DNA of 64,000 bases, from assembly GCA_046483305.1 (NCBI GenBank), contig JAWODM010000004.1, positions 32,001-96,000 of the forward strand, written 5' to 3'. The translations under genes and the position numbers were made by a program. The notes below the pieces were generated by a model. It was not told where the DNA came from. It made no database searches and saw only the letters and a program-made list of their open reading frames with translations. Position 1 is the first letter of the stretch; every line of letters begins with the position of its first letter. Shown piece by piece: positions 40,524 through 49,435 of the stretch. Source of the DNA: Candidatus Krumholzibacteriales bacterium (GTDB taxonomy: Bacteria > Krumholzibacteriota > Krumholzibacteriia > Krumholzibacteriales > WJIX01).

Positions 40524-41497
40524 AGGTGCTGGTAACCGGAGGCGCAGGGTATATCGGGAGCGTGGTAACCGAATATCTCCTTGACCGGGGGCATGAGGTT
40601 ACAGTGGCCGATAACTTTTCCACCGGCCACAGGGAAGCGGTGGACCGCAGATGCCGTCTCGTCGAAATGAACCTGCTGGACTGGGACTCTGTCAGAGAGG
40701 TTCTGTCTCCGGGCATAGAGGCGGTGCTGCACTTCGCCGCTTTTTCTCTGGTCTCCGAATCGATGACTGATCCATTGAAATACTACAGGAACAATATATG
40801 CGGAGCGGTCAACCTGATAGAGGGGATGCGCGACTCGGGCACGGAATTTATAGTCTTTTCTTCAACCGCGGCCGTTTACGGTGAGCCGGAGGAGATACCG
40901 ATTACCGAGGACGCGGTTCTTTCTCCGGTGAATCCATACGGAAACACCAAACTGGCCATTGAGAAACTCCTGCAGGATTCAATACCGGCTTATGATATAA
41001 AGTCCATTTCTCTGAGGTATTTCAATGCAGCCGGCGCAACGTCTCTGCACGGTGAGGATCACCGGCCAGAATCTCATCTGATTCCGATAATACTTGACGC
41101 GGTGGAGGGCGGAAGGGATGAATTGACGGTATACGGGGATGATTACGACACCGAAGACGGCACCTGTATACGTGATTATATTCACGTCAGGGACCTTGCC
41201 ACCGCTCACCTATTGGCGCTGGAGAAACTCGCAGGGGGGGTCACCGGAACGTTTAATCTTGGAGGGGGCGAGGGGTTTTCGGTCCTGGAGGTCATAGAAG
41301 CCGTATCGGAGGTTACCGGAAAAGAGGTTCCCTACAGCATAGGGAATCGCCGGGAAGGGGATCCGGCGGTCCTGGTCGCATCGAGCGGCAAGGCGGAAGA
41401 GATACTGGGATGGGAAAGGAGCTACAGCGATCTGGAAAGCATTATAAGAGACGCCCACCAGTGGAGGATGAAGTTTCCGGGAGGGTACCGGGAATAG
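40520..41497 (+). CDS. galE: UDP-glucose 4-epimerase
   Basis: VTGGAGYIGS, FSSTAAVYG, YGNTK, LRYFNAAG, DGTCIRDYIHV. Confidence 0.95.
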   Translation: MKVLVTGGAGYIGSVVTEYLLDRGHEVTVADNFSTGHREAVDRRCRLVEMNLLDWDSVREVLSPGIEAVLHFAAFSLVSESMTDPLKYYRNNICGAVNLIEGMRDSGTEFIVFSSTAAVYGEPEEIPITEDAVLSPVNPYGNTKLAIEKLLQDSIPAYDIKSISLRYFNAAGATSLHGEDHRPESHLIPIILDAVEGGRDELTVYGDDYDTEDGTCIRDYIHVRDLATAHLLALEKLAGGVTGTFNLGGGEGFSVLEVIEAVSEVTGKEVPYSIGNRREGDPAVLVASSGKAEEILGWERSYSDLESIIRDAHQWRMKFPGGYRE

Positions 41498-41706
41498 GTT
41501 GTTTGGTTGAACCGGGCTGATAACCGGGAAATGGAAACTTTTCTTCCGCCTGGCATGATTTATTGCCGGTAAGATTCCCGGCCTCTTTGACAGCGTTATC
41601 AAGTCTGCTGATTAATAATCAGATATTTTATTATATGACAATGCAATATGATTCTATTACCTGTGGCGGGGCCATTTCGCCGGTACTGCTTATCAGAAGA
41701 ATTCAA

Positions 41707-41721
41707 TGGCATGCATATTGC
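41707..41721 (+). promoter_or_regulatory. Putative sigma54 (-24/-12) promoter
   Basis: TGGCATGCATATTGC (GG-N10-GC), 51 nt upstream of the histidine kinase ATG. Confidence 0.55.
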
Positions 41722-41772
41722 CCTCGAAGGGAGTGAATATATTAATGTTCTGACTTTAAAAGGTGTTATTGT

Positions 41773-44226
41773 ATGCCTCTCACCGAAAAATTCAATATTC
41801 CGGAGAAGATAGGGGACCCCTCATCAACTACTCTGATCTCTTTTCTCAGGGCCGCGGATGAAGCTATCAGGGATGTATATGGGGAAGTTGCGGCTACCGC
41901 GGTAAAGATAAAGGCTGAAAAGCTGATAGCGGTGCTTAATTCTTCCGGACTGAACCAGAGCAGGTTGGATGAGCTTATTGGCCTGGAAGAAATGGAAGGT
42001 TACAGAAGAAGGATTTACGGAAGTAATGAGAAAAAAGGGGTAGAGCCGGAAAAGCCCGCTTTAATAGAGATACCGCTGAGAGGGGAAGGTGGGCGTCTGG
42101 GAAGTCACTTCATTCTAACCGATCAACGCTCCGCGGAATCAGTATCTGCATCGTCCAGAGAGGAGCTTGCCGGGGTACTTTCCCTGGAGATAAGGTCAAG
42201 AAACAGGCGGAGGTATGATTCCATCTTTCCGGTCGAACGCGATGGGCTGAGGCTGGATTTCATCGAAGGGATCAATGACAGCGGAATAATGAGATCGGCT
42301 CTGACCAGAGCGCTGGAACTGGCGGACGCTCAGTTCTGCGCCTTCTTTACTGAAAGCGGACAACGGGAAATACATATAATGCTGGAGGGCAAGGAACTGG
42401 CGGGGCTGGTTCCGGAGATAAGCCGGAAAACGGTAAGCTCCTATAACCATTTCGTCAACAGACCCGGCTGTCCTGACGCGGAATACAGGGAGAAGGTATA
42501 TTACATGGGCAACCGGAAGAATATACATTACCTGATAGGCAGTCTTTCGATAGGAAGCTATTTTCTTGTTCCGGTAGTTTCCGGTTTGCGGGTGAGGGGT
42601 ATACTGTTTGTGGGAAGCATCAGAAAAAACAGTTTTACCAGAAGCCAGGTTTCAAGCCTCAGGGGGCTTGCGGGAGAAGATATCCCGGATATTCAGGTAG
42701 TTTACAGGCGCAGCTCGGAAAAAGAGCTGGTGGATAAGCTTCTGGAGTCCACACCGCTGGGCGCGGCAATTATCTCATCAGACGGGGAGATTCTTTATGA
42801 GAACAGAACATTCGGAGAATATCTCAATGCCGGGAACTGCAGATTCCAGACTCTGGATGACGTCTCTGCGGTAGCGGGGTATGATTTCAGGGATTTAATG
42901 GCAGAGCTGAAGATTCTAAAGAAGGAGATAAGGGGCAAGGTGCTGGAACCTTCCGGCAGGTCGGGAAGGCCGCTGAAGGTATTCTGGACTGGCATGAAGG
43001 ATCTCATTGAGAGAGCCGATTCTCTGCTGATGATAACCCCCGCGGGTGACTGGGAAACCGGAGCCGCGGCTGAAAGAATTGCTTTGATTTCGCACGAGAT
43101 AAGAACCCCTCTCTCCGCCCTTAAGAATTCATTGAGTCTTCTCTCGCGGGATAGAATAATCAGGGAGCTTGAGAGAAATGCCGGCGAGGGCAGCACCACG
43201 GCTGCAGATATTTTCTCGACCGCGCTCAGGACCCTGAGAAGACTGAATTACATGCTGGACAGCTTCGATATCAGGCCGGGGAGTGTCGTAGCCGGTTCGG
43301 CTCCCAATCCGGGGATTACGCATCTCTCCGATTTGATAGAGACGGTGTCAGCGCTTTACCGGAAGCAGATGCAGAGCGGGGGCATTGAATTCAGCGTGCA
43401 TATGGAAAAAGGCCTGGAGAGTATTGAAACCGATAGCGGGAGACTGGAGCAGATACTGCACAATCTTCTGTCCAACAGTTTAAAGAGCGGGGGTAACAGA
43501 GTCGATATCACTGTATCGAGAACCGCGCCTCCGGAAAACAGTATTTTATCTGAAATACCCTGGAACAGAATCAGGGAACCGGAGATAGTTGAAATAACAG
43601 TAGCTGATGATGGGAAGGGGTTCTCTCCGGAAGTGGTCGAATATATAAATGAACTTTCCGAGAATGAACTGAACCCCGATTTCGGCCTGGGACTTTTTAT
43701 CTCGGCAGCCCTTGCGAAATCGATGGGAGCGGTTCTCCGGGTTGAAAACAGGGAGCGCGGAGGAGCTGCCTGCAGCGTTTTTCTCCCCTCCGATACCGAT
43801 TCCATGGAAACCTCCAGGAAGTTTAACGAAATAAGCCGGAGGCTGGAGAAGATGAAGAAGCTCGGAAAAGTTCCGATACTCTATATAGTTGGAAAGGAAG
43901 ATGATGACTGCTGGCTGGCGCTGGCCGAAAAATGGAAGGACATCCCGACCTTCAGCCCCGGGAGCGGGCAGGATACGGGATCAGATTTTTGTTTCTGGCC
44001 TCTGAGCTCTGAGATAGGGATAGGATTGGCCAGAGGAGGAGAGTATCTGCCCGAGCCGGAGAGAATCATTCACGGCACCAGAGAGGGTTTGAGCCTGGTC
44101 GGTGACGGGGTGAGCCGTTCGATGAGGATCGGGTGGAGCATATGCAGCGATAGCAATTGTGGCATCAGGTCGCTTCTTAGGGAGGCCGCGGAAAAGTTTG
44201 AAACAGGTATCATGATGACAGTCTGA
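41773..44226 (+). CDS. Soluble sensor histidine kinase (GAF/PAS-like input)
   Basis: H-box SHEIRTPL, N-box QILHNLLSN, G1 ADDGKG, G2 GLGL; GAF-like SYFLVPV...VRGILFV; no TM segment seen. Confidence 0.88.
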   Translation: MPLTEKFNIPEKIGDPSSTTLISFLRAADEAIRDVYGEVAATAVKIKAEKLIAVLNSSGLNQSRLDELIGLEEMEGYRRRIYGSNEKKGVEPEKPALIEIPLRGEGGRLGSHFILTDQRSAESVSASSREELAGVLSLEIRSRNRRRYDSIFPVERDGLRLDFIEGINDSGIMRSALTRALELADAQFCAFFTESGQREIHIMLEGKELAGLVPEISRKTVSSYNHFVNRPGCPDAEYREKVYYMGNRKNIHYLIGSLSIGSYFLVPVVSGLRVRGILFVGSIRKNSFTRSQVSSLRGLAGEDIPDIQVVYRRSSEKELVDKLLESTPLGAAIISSDGEILYENRTFGEYLNAGNCRFQTLDDVSAVAGYDFRDLMAELKILKKEIRGKVLEPSGRSGRPLKVFWTGMKDLIERADSLLMITPAGDWETGAAAERIALISHEIRTPLSALKNSLSLLSRDRIIRELERNAGEGSTTAADIFSTALRTLRRLNYMLDSFDIRPGSVVAGSAPNPGITHLSDLIETVSALYRKQMQSGGIEFSVHMEKGLESIETDSGRLEQILHNLLSNSLKSGGNRVDITVSRTAPPENSILSEIPWNRIREPEIVEITVADDGKGFSPEVVEYINELSENELNPDFGLGLFISAALAKSMGAVLRVENRERGGAACSVFLPSDTDSMETSRKFNEISRRLEKMKKLGKVPILYIVGKEDDDCWLALAEKWKDIPTFSPGSGQDTGSDFCFWPLSSEIGIGLARGGEYLPEPERIIHGTREGLSLVGDGVSRSMRIGWSICSDSNCGIRSLLREAAEKFETGIMMTV

Positions 44227-44243
44227 ACAGGGGGTCTATTAAA

Positions 44244-44642
44244 ATGAAGGGCGATAGGATTCTTATAGTCGAAGATGACGAGGATATCGTTGAAACTGTG
44301 AAATACAGCCTGGAATTAAGAGGCTTCGAGGTGGATGTGGCCTATGACGGCCTTCACGCCTTGAGAAAAGCGAGAGAAAAGAATTACGATATAATGCTCC
44401 TGGACATTATGCTTCCCGGAAAGAACGGTTATGAGGTTTCCAGGATATTAAAGGATGAAATGGAGGAAGGGAAGATAGAGCCTTTCAAAATACTGGTACT
44501 GACTGCCAGGAAGGTTAACAGCGCGGAGAGAGAGGATTTCCTGGCCACCTGGTCGAAAGCAGATGAATACATGTATAAACCATTTGAGCTTGAAGACCTG
44601 ATTACCAGAATCAACAATAACCTGAAACAGGCGGCGGTCTGA
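44244..44642 (+). CDS. Single-domain response regulator (receiver)
   Basis: IVEDD, LLDIMLP, LTA, KPF. Confidence 0.92.
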   Translation: MKGDRILIVEDDEDIVETVKYSLELRGFEVDVAYDGLHALRKAREKNYDIMLLDIMLPGKNGYEVSRILKDEMEEGKIEPFKILVLTARKVNSAEREDFLATWSKADEYMYKPFELEDLITRINNNLKQAAV

Positions 44643-44834
44643 GAAGATAGCCGCGGTTCCCTGTTCTTAATGCCCGATCATGTGCTCGATTGATCAGTAT
44701 AATCTGTGGATGCTTGCCGCCACAGAAAGTTCGGCACGAAAGAATATCAACTGAATTCAGCGTTGAGAGCACTGAAAGCGGTATCGTTGAATTGCCGCGG
44801 GATGAAGAAATTTGCGCCTCGCCCGAAGAAGTTG

Positions 44835-44862
44835 TTGACAATTGGAGAAAATTATTTAAGAT
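44835..44862 (+). promoter_or_regulatory. Putative sigma70 promoter of tRNA-Phe
   Basis: TTGACA-16 nt-TAAGAT, 11 nt before the tRNA. Confidence 0.55.
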
Positions 44863-44873
44863 TTCCTTTGCGT

Positions 44874-44949
44874 GGGAGGGTAGCTCAGTCGGTAGAGCAA
44901 CGGATTGAAAATCCGTGTGTCGGCGGTTCGATTCCGTCCCTTCCCACCA
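44874..44949 (+). tRNA. tRNA-Phe (GAA)
   Basis: GGGAGGG/CCTTCCC acceptor stem, D arm TAGCTCAGTCGGTAGAGC, anticodon loop TT-GAA-AA, GTTCGATTC T loop, encoded CCA. Confidence 0.97.
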
Positions 44950-45157
44950 TTTTCCTGCCTGCCGGCAATTTTACCATTGAAACCCGGAATATCATCAGCA
45001 ATACATGTTCATCCCGATGTGAAGATATGAAACTGTGATGAGTAACAGTTTCAGGCTTACATGTTCCATAAACAATGCGATGTTCCAGTAATTATTGTTG
45101 ACAGTCAGGAAACTACTGGTTTATTTTTACTGGTGGTGGAGAACTTATAAAGGATGT

Positions 45158-45361
45158 ATGATGGATGAGAAATTGAAAGCCGCGGTTATCGCGGCGATCA
45201 ACGCTTATATAGATCAGGAAAAGGATACCAGGGATATTTATTTCGGGCAGAAGCTCAGTGCGTGGAAGATGGGAGGCCGCCGGGAAATCATTCAGAGGGG
45301 CAGGCTGGCGAAGCGGGGCAATCCTTCCAGGGTGAGATTGAGAAGATTTTCATTTCTTTAG
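45158..45361 (+). CDS. Small protein resembling accessory (delta/epsilon/gamma-type) subunits of biotin-dependent (de)carboxylases
   Basis: AAVIAAINAY...SAWKMGGR pattern, directly upstream of a biotin carboxyltransferase gene; AAGGA RBS. Confidence 0.6.
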   Translation: MMDEKLKAAVIAAINAYIDQEKDTRDIYFGQKLSAWKMGGRREIIQRGRLAKRGNPSRVRLRRFSFL

Positions 45362-45393
45362 ATGTCAGTTAATTCAGATTTGGCGGAATAATT

Positions 45394-47313
45394 ATGAACT
45401 CGCAGAATAAAGGAAAAGATTTGGAAAAACCTGTAAGAATTACTGATACCACTTTCAGGGACGGGCACCAGTCCACTCTGGCAACCCGTTTCAGGACCGG
45501 GGACATGCTGGAAATAGCCGATAAAATGAACAGGGTTGGTTTCCAATCCATGGAAGTCTGGGGGGGAGCTACTTTCGATGTGGCTACCCGGTATCTGAAT
45601 GAGGATCCATGGGAGAGGCTTGAAAAGTTAAAGGAGAAACTCCCGGATACACCCCTGCAGATGCTTCTCAGGGGCCAGAACCTGGTCGGATACAGGAATT
45701 ACGCGGACGATGTGGTGGAGAAATTTGTGGAGGAGGCTGCCAAAGCGGGAATAGATATCTTCCGTGTCTTCGATGCCCTTAACGACGAAAGGAATTTCGA
45801 GGCCTCGTTCAGGGCGATAAAGAAGAGCGGGAAAGATATCCAGGGCACCATATGTTATTCGCTTACAGAAAATCGGCTGGGAGGCGAGGTATTCAACCTT
45901 GATTATTATAAGAAGAAAGCTTCCGCAATAGAAGGGATGGGTGCCGATTCGCTCTGTATCAAGGATATGGCCGGGTTGCTCAACCCCTTCGACTCTTATG
46001 AACTCATCTCGGCTCTGAAAGATACAATCTCCATACCTATTCAGCTGCATTGCCATTATACCAGCGGGATGGCATCGATGTCATATCTTAAGGCGATAGA
46101 GGCGGGGGTTGATATTATAGACTGCGCTCTTGCTCCCTTCGCACTCAGGTCCTCACAGCCCTCCGTGGAATCGATGCTGGCCGCGCTGCAGGAAACCGCC
46201 AGGGATCCCGGCCTGGACATGGAAGAACTTTATGAAATAGGCGCCTATATAGAAGCGATCGCTCCCAAATACTGCTGTTACCTGAATACCACCAAGATGT
46301 CGATTATCGACACAGGAGTAATAAAGCACCAGGTGCCGGGCGGTATGCTGACCAACCTGGTCAGCCAGCTCAGGGAAGCGGATGCTCTGGACAGGCTGGA
46401 CGATGTCTTCAAAGAACTTCCCAGAACCAGGAAGGAACTCGGTTATCCGCCCCTGGTGACCCCTACCAGCCAGATTGTAGGGATACAGGCCGTCCAGAAT
46501 GTTCTTTTCGGCAGATATAAGATGATAACCGGCCAGGTCAAGGATTATGCTTACGGGCTTTACGGGAAACCGCCTATTCCGATTGACAGTAAAGTCCAGA
46601 AAAAAGCTCTCAAGGATTATCCCCGGGGCGAAAAGCCGATTGACCACCGTCCCGCGGACATACTGGAACCGGAGCTGGAAAAGGCCAGGGAGCTATCCAG
46701 CGGGATTGCCAAGAACGAGAGGGATGTTCTGATATGCGCGCTCTATCCCACCACCGGACTGAGATTCCTGAGGTGGAAGTACGGTCTGGAAGAGCCCCCC
46801 GAAGATGTCAAGCCAAAATCCCTGGAAGAGGTCAAAAAAGAGGAAGAGTTGATCGAAAAAATAAAGAGCGGAGATTATAACCCGGCCGCGGTTACTAAGG
46901 CGAAGGGCAAGAACGCCAGGAGCTTTAATGTGTACGTCGGCGACGAAAACTTCAATGTGCAGGTGGAAGAGGTGAGGGAGAGAGCCAGATTCAAGGCTGC
47001 CGGCGATACTGAACCGATAATCAGAAAAAAAATCAAAAAAAAGAAGAAAGAAGATAAAGAAGAGACTAATGCCTCCGCGGCTCCCTCCGCCGAGGGCGAG
47101 TTTACCCTTATCGCTCCCATGCCCGGGATGGTTATCGAGTACAAGGTGCAGGAGGGCGACGAGGTTTCTGTCGGCGATGTTCTGTTGATTCTGGAAGCAA
47201 TGAAGATGCAGAACAGTATTACTTCAAACGTTAATGGAGTCATCAAATCTATTAAAATAGCTCCTGGAAATTCTGTAGAAAAGAATCAGGTCATAATGGT
47301 AATTGCCCAGTAG
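45394..47313 (+). CDS. Pyruvate carboxylase subunit B / oxaloacetate decarboxylase alpha (carboxyltransferase plus biotinyl domain)
   Basis: RDGHQS, WGGATFD, MLLRGQN, IKDMAG, HCH, QVPGGM, LVTPTSQIVG; biotin site EAMKM. Confidence 0.92.
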   Translation: MNSQNKGKDLEKPVRITDTTFRDGHQSTLATRFRTGDMLEIADKMNRVGFQSMEVWGGATFDVATRYLNEDPWERLEKLKEKLPDTPLQMLLRGQNLVGYRNYADDVVEKFVEEAAKAGIDIFRVFDALNDERNFEASFRAIKKSGKDIQGTICYSLTENRLGGEVFNLDYYKKKASAIEGMGADSLCIKDMAGLLNPFDSYELISALKDTISIPIQLHCHYTSGMASMSYLKAIEAGVDIIDCALAPFALRSSQPSVESMLAALQETARDPGLDMEELYEIGAYIEAIAPKYCCYLNTTKMSIIDTGVIKHQVPGGMLTNLVSQLREADALDRLDDVFKELPRTRKELGYPPLVTPTSQIVGIQAVQNVLFGRYKMITGQVKDYAYGLYGKPPIPIDSKVQKKALKDYPRGEKPIDHRPADILEPELEKARELSSGIAKNERDVLICALYPTTGLRFLRWKYGLEEPPEDVKPKSLEEVKKEEELIEKIKSGDYNPAAVTKAKGKNARSFNVYVGDENFNVQVEEVRERARFKAAGDTEPIIRKKIKKKKKEDKEETNASAAPSAEGEFTLIAPMPGMVIEYKVQEGDEVSVGDVLLILEAMKMQNSITSNVNGVIKSIKIAPGNSVEKNQVIMVIAQ

Positions 47314-47338
47314 ATTATCATAAAAGGAGTATTTTACT

Positions 47339-49435
47339 ATTTCAAAGCATCATCGCAGGTACAGGCTAAAAACACATCCAATCCTCGAGACACCTGAATT
47401 AAACGAAATTCAGTTTACATTCAACGGTGAAAAAATGTACGCGCTCAGGGACGAAATGATTTCGTCGGCGCTGTTCGCGAACGGAGTTAGAGTATTCGGA
47501 CATCACCCGGTGGGGAATGCTCCACAGGGTATATACTGCGTTAACGGGCAGTGCAGCCAGTGCACTGTGCTGGTCGATTCGATACCTGTAAAAGCCTGCA
47601 TGACAGCGGTAAGGCCCGGAATGAGAATTACCAGCTGCGAGGGGATTCCCGACCTTCCCCCCGATGACCGGAGGCCTGAATTTTCAGAGATAGAGACCAT
47701 GGAAACCGAGGTCCTGGTGGTGGGAGGAGGTCCGGCGGGCATTAACACAGCGGTTGAGCTGGGAGAACTTGGCATAGACACCCTGCTGGTTGATGATAAG
47801 AGCAAACCGGGCGGGAAGCTGACTCTGCAGACTCACCCGTTTTTCGGTTCCAGGGATGACTGCTATGCGGGTACCAGGGGCATCGAAATAGCTGAAATTC
47901 TTGCCGGTCAACTTGGTTCGCTGGAGAGCGTCAGAGTGCTGAGATCGACCAGCGCGGTAGGTGTCTTCCACGACCGGGCGGTGGGTTTATACAATGAAGG
48001 CAGATACCTTCTGGTAAAGCCGCGAGCTGCGGTCGTGGCAACCGGCGCCAGGGAGAAATCGCTGGCCTTTCCAGGCTGCGACCTTCCCGGAGTCTATGGA
48101 GCCGGCGCCTTTCAGACTCTGCTTAACCGGGACCTGGTAAGGCCTTCGGATAGACTGTTCATAGTTGGGGGCGGGAATGTGGGGCTGATTGCCGGGTATC
48201 ATGCCATTCAGGCGGGAATAAAAACCGTAGGGCTGGTTGAAGCTCTTGAAAGGTGCGGCGGATACAAGGTGCACCTCGATAAACTGAGAGAACTGGGCGT
48301 TCCCATATTTACCAGGCACACCGTAGTCAGAGCTGAAGGAGAAAAGGCCCTGGAGAGGGTTGTCATATCTGAAATAGACGAAAAATTCAGGCCTGTGGAA
48401 GGTACCGGAAGGGCGTTCGAGGTAGATACGCTTCTGATAGCGGTAGGGCTTTCGCCTATCAATGAACTTCACGATAAGTTCAGGGAGTTCGGGATAGAAT
48501 CATTCACCTGCGGCGACGCCGGCGAGATATCCGAAGCGTCAGCGGCGATCTTCAGCGGCAAGATAACGGGGCGCAGAGTCGCGCGTTCGCTGGGATACGA
48601 TGTAGATATCCCCGCTCAGTGGGAGGATACTGAAAAGATTCTCCGGAGCGATCCTGGAAGGATTTATGAATTCAAGGCCGAACAGAACGATCTTGAGAAA
48701 TATCCCATAATAAGATGCGTTCAGGAAATTCCCTGTAATCCATGCGTGGACAGCTGCCCCAGGGGGTCGATAATAATTGATGACGATACCATTATGGGGC
48801 TTCCCCGTTTCGAAGGCGAGTGCATAGGATGCATGAAATGTGTTACTTCCTGTCCGGCGTTGGCAGTCACTCTGGTTCTGCCGTCAGAAAAGAAAAAAAT
48901 GTCCAGGGTGGTTATCCCGTATGAACTGAGCCGTGATTTTATATCTACCGGCGGGGAAGTAACCACCGTGGATATGGATGCCGAGGTGGTTGGCCGTGGG
49001 AAGATAACGGATTTCAAAGAAGCGCCAGGTGATAATAAACGGCTGCTGGTTACCCTGGAGGTTCCTGAAACGGAGGCTGAGAAAGTGGCGGGGATCAGGG
49101 TTTTTGAACCGGAGGAGGGAGTTCCGGTTGACCAGAACGAAAAAAAGATGGAAGACGAAGCGATTATTTGCCGGTGCGAAAGAGTTACCGTGGGGAGGGT
49201 CCGGAAGGAGATACTCAACGGGGTGCGTGATATGAATGTGCTTAAGGCCAATATCAGAACCGGGATGGGAGCTTGTGGCGGGAAAACATGCACCGACCTG
49301 ATACTGAGGCTTTTCAGAGAATGCGGAGTAAACCCGGAAGAGATAACTCTTCCCACTGACAGGCCGTTCATTGAAGAGATACCCCTGGCGTCATTTGCCG
49401 GTATTGGGAAAGGGGAAGACAGTGGTCGGGAATAA
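47339..49435 (+). CDS. Sarcosine oxidase / L-proline dehydrogenase alpha-like flavoprotein fused to 2Fe-2S, 4Fe-4S and BFD-like domains
   Basis: CVNGQCSQC...C, GGGPAG, ATGARE, GGGNVG, CNPCVDSCP and CIGCMKCVTSCP, ICRCE...CGGKTC. Frame extended upstream of ATG 47435 to an ATT with an RBS (see findings). Confidence 0.85.
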   Translation: MSKHHRRYRLKTHPILETPELNEIQFTFNGEKMYALRDEMISSALFANGVRVFGHHPVGNAPQGIYCVNGQCSQCTVLVDSIPVKACMTAVRPGMRITSCEGIPDLPPDDRRPEFSEIETMETEVLVVGGGPAGINTAVELGELGIDTLLVDDKSKPGGKLTLQTHPFFGSRDDCYAGTRGIEIAEILAGQLGSLESVRVLRSTSAVGVFHDRAVGLYNEGRYLLVKPRAAVVATGAREKSLAFPGCDLPGVYGAGAFQTLLNRDLVRPSDRLFIVGGGNVGLIAGYHAIQAGIKTVGLVEALERCGGYKVHLDKLRELGVPIFTRHTVVRAEGEKALERVVISEIDEKFRPVEGTGRAFEVDTLLIAVGLSPINELHDKFREFGIESFTCGDAGEISEASAAIFSGKITGRRVARSLGYDVDIPAQWEDTEKILRSDPGRIYEFKAEQNDLEKYPIIRCVQEIPCNPCVDSCPRGSIIIDDDTIMGLPRFEGECIGCMKCVTSCPALAVTLVLPSEKKKMSRVVIPYELSRDFISTGGEVTTVDMDAEVVGRGKITDFKEAPGDNKRLLVTLEVPETEAEKVAGIRVFEPEEGVPVDQNEKKMEDEAIICRCERVTVGRVRKEILNGVRDMNVLKANIRTGMGACGGKTCTDLILRLFRECGVNPEEITLPTDRPFIEEIPLASFAGIGKGEDSGRE

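Noticed and set aside
44690..45038. Short ORFs 44690-44908 and 44706-45038
   Set aside because: They overlap tRNA-Phe and its promoter.
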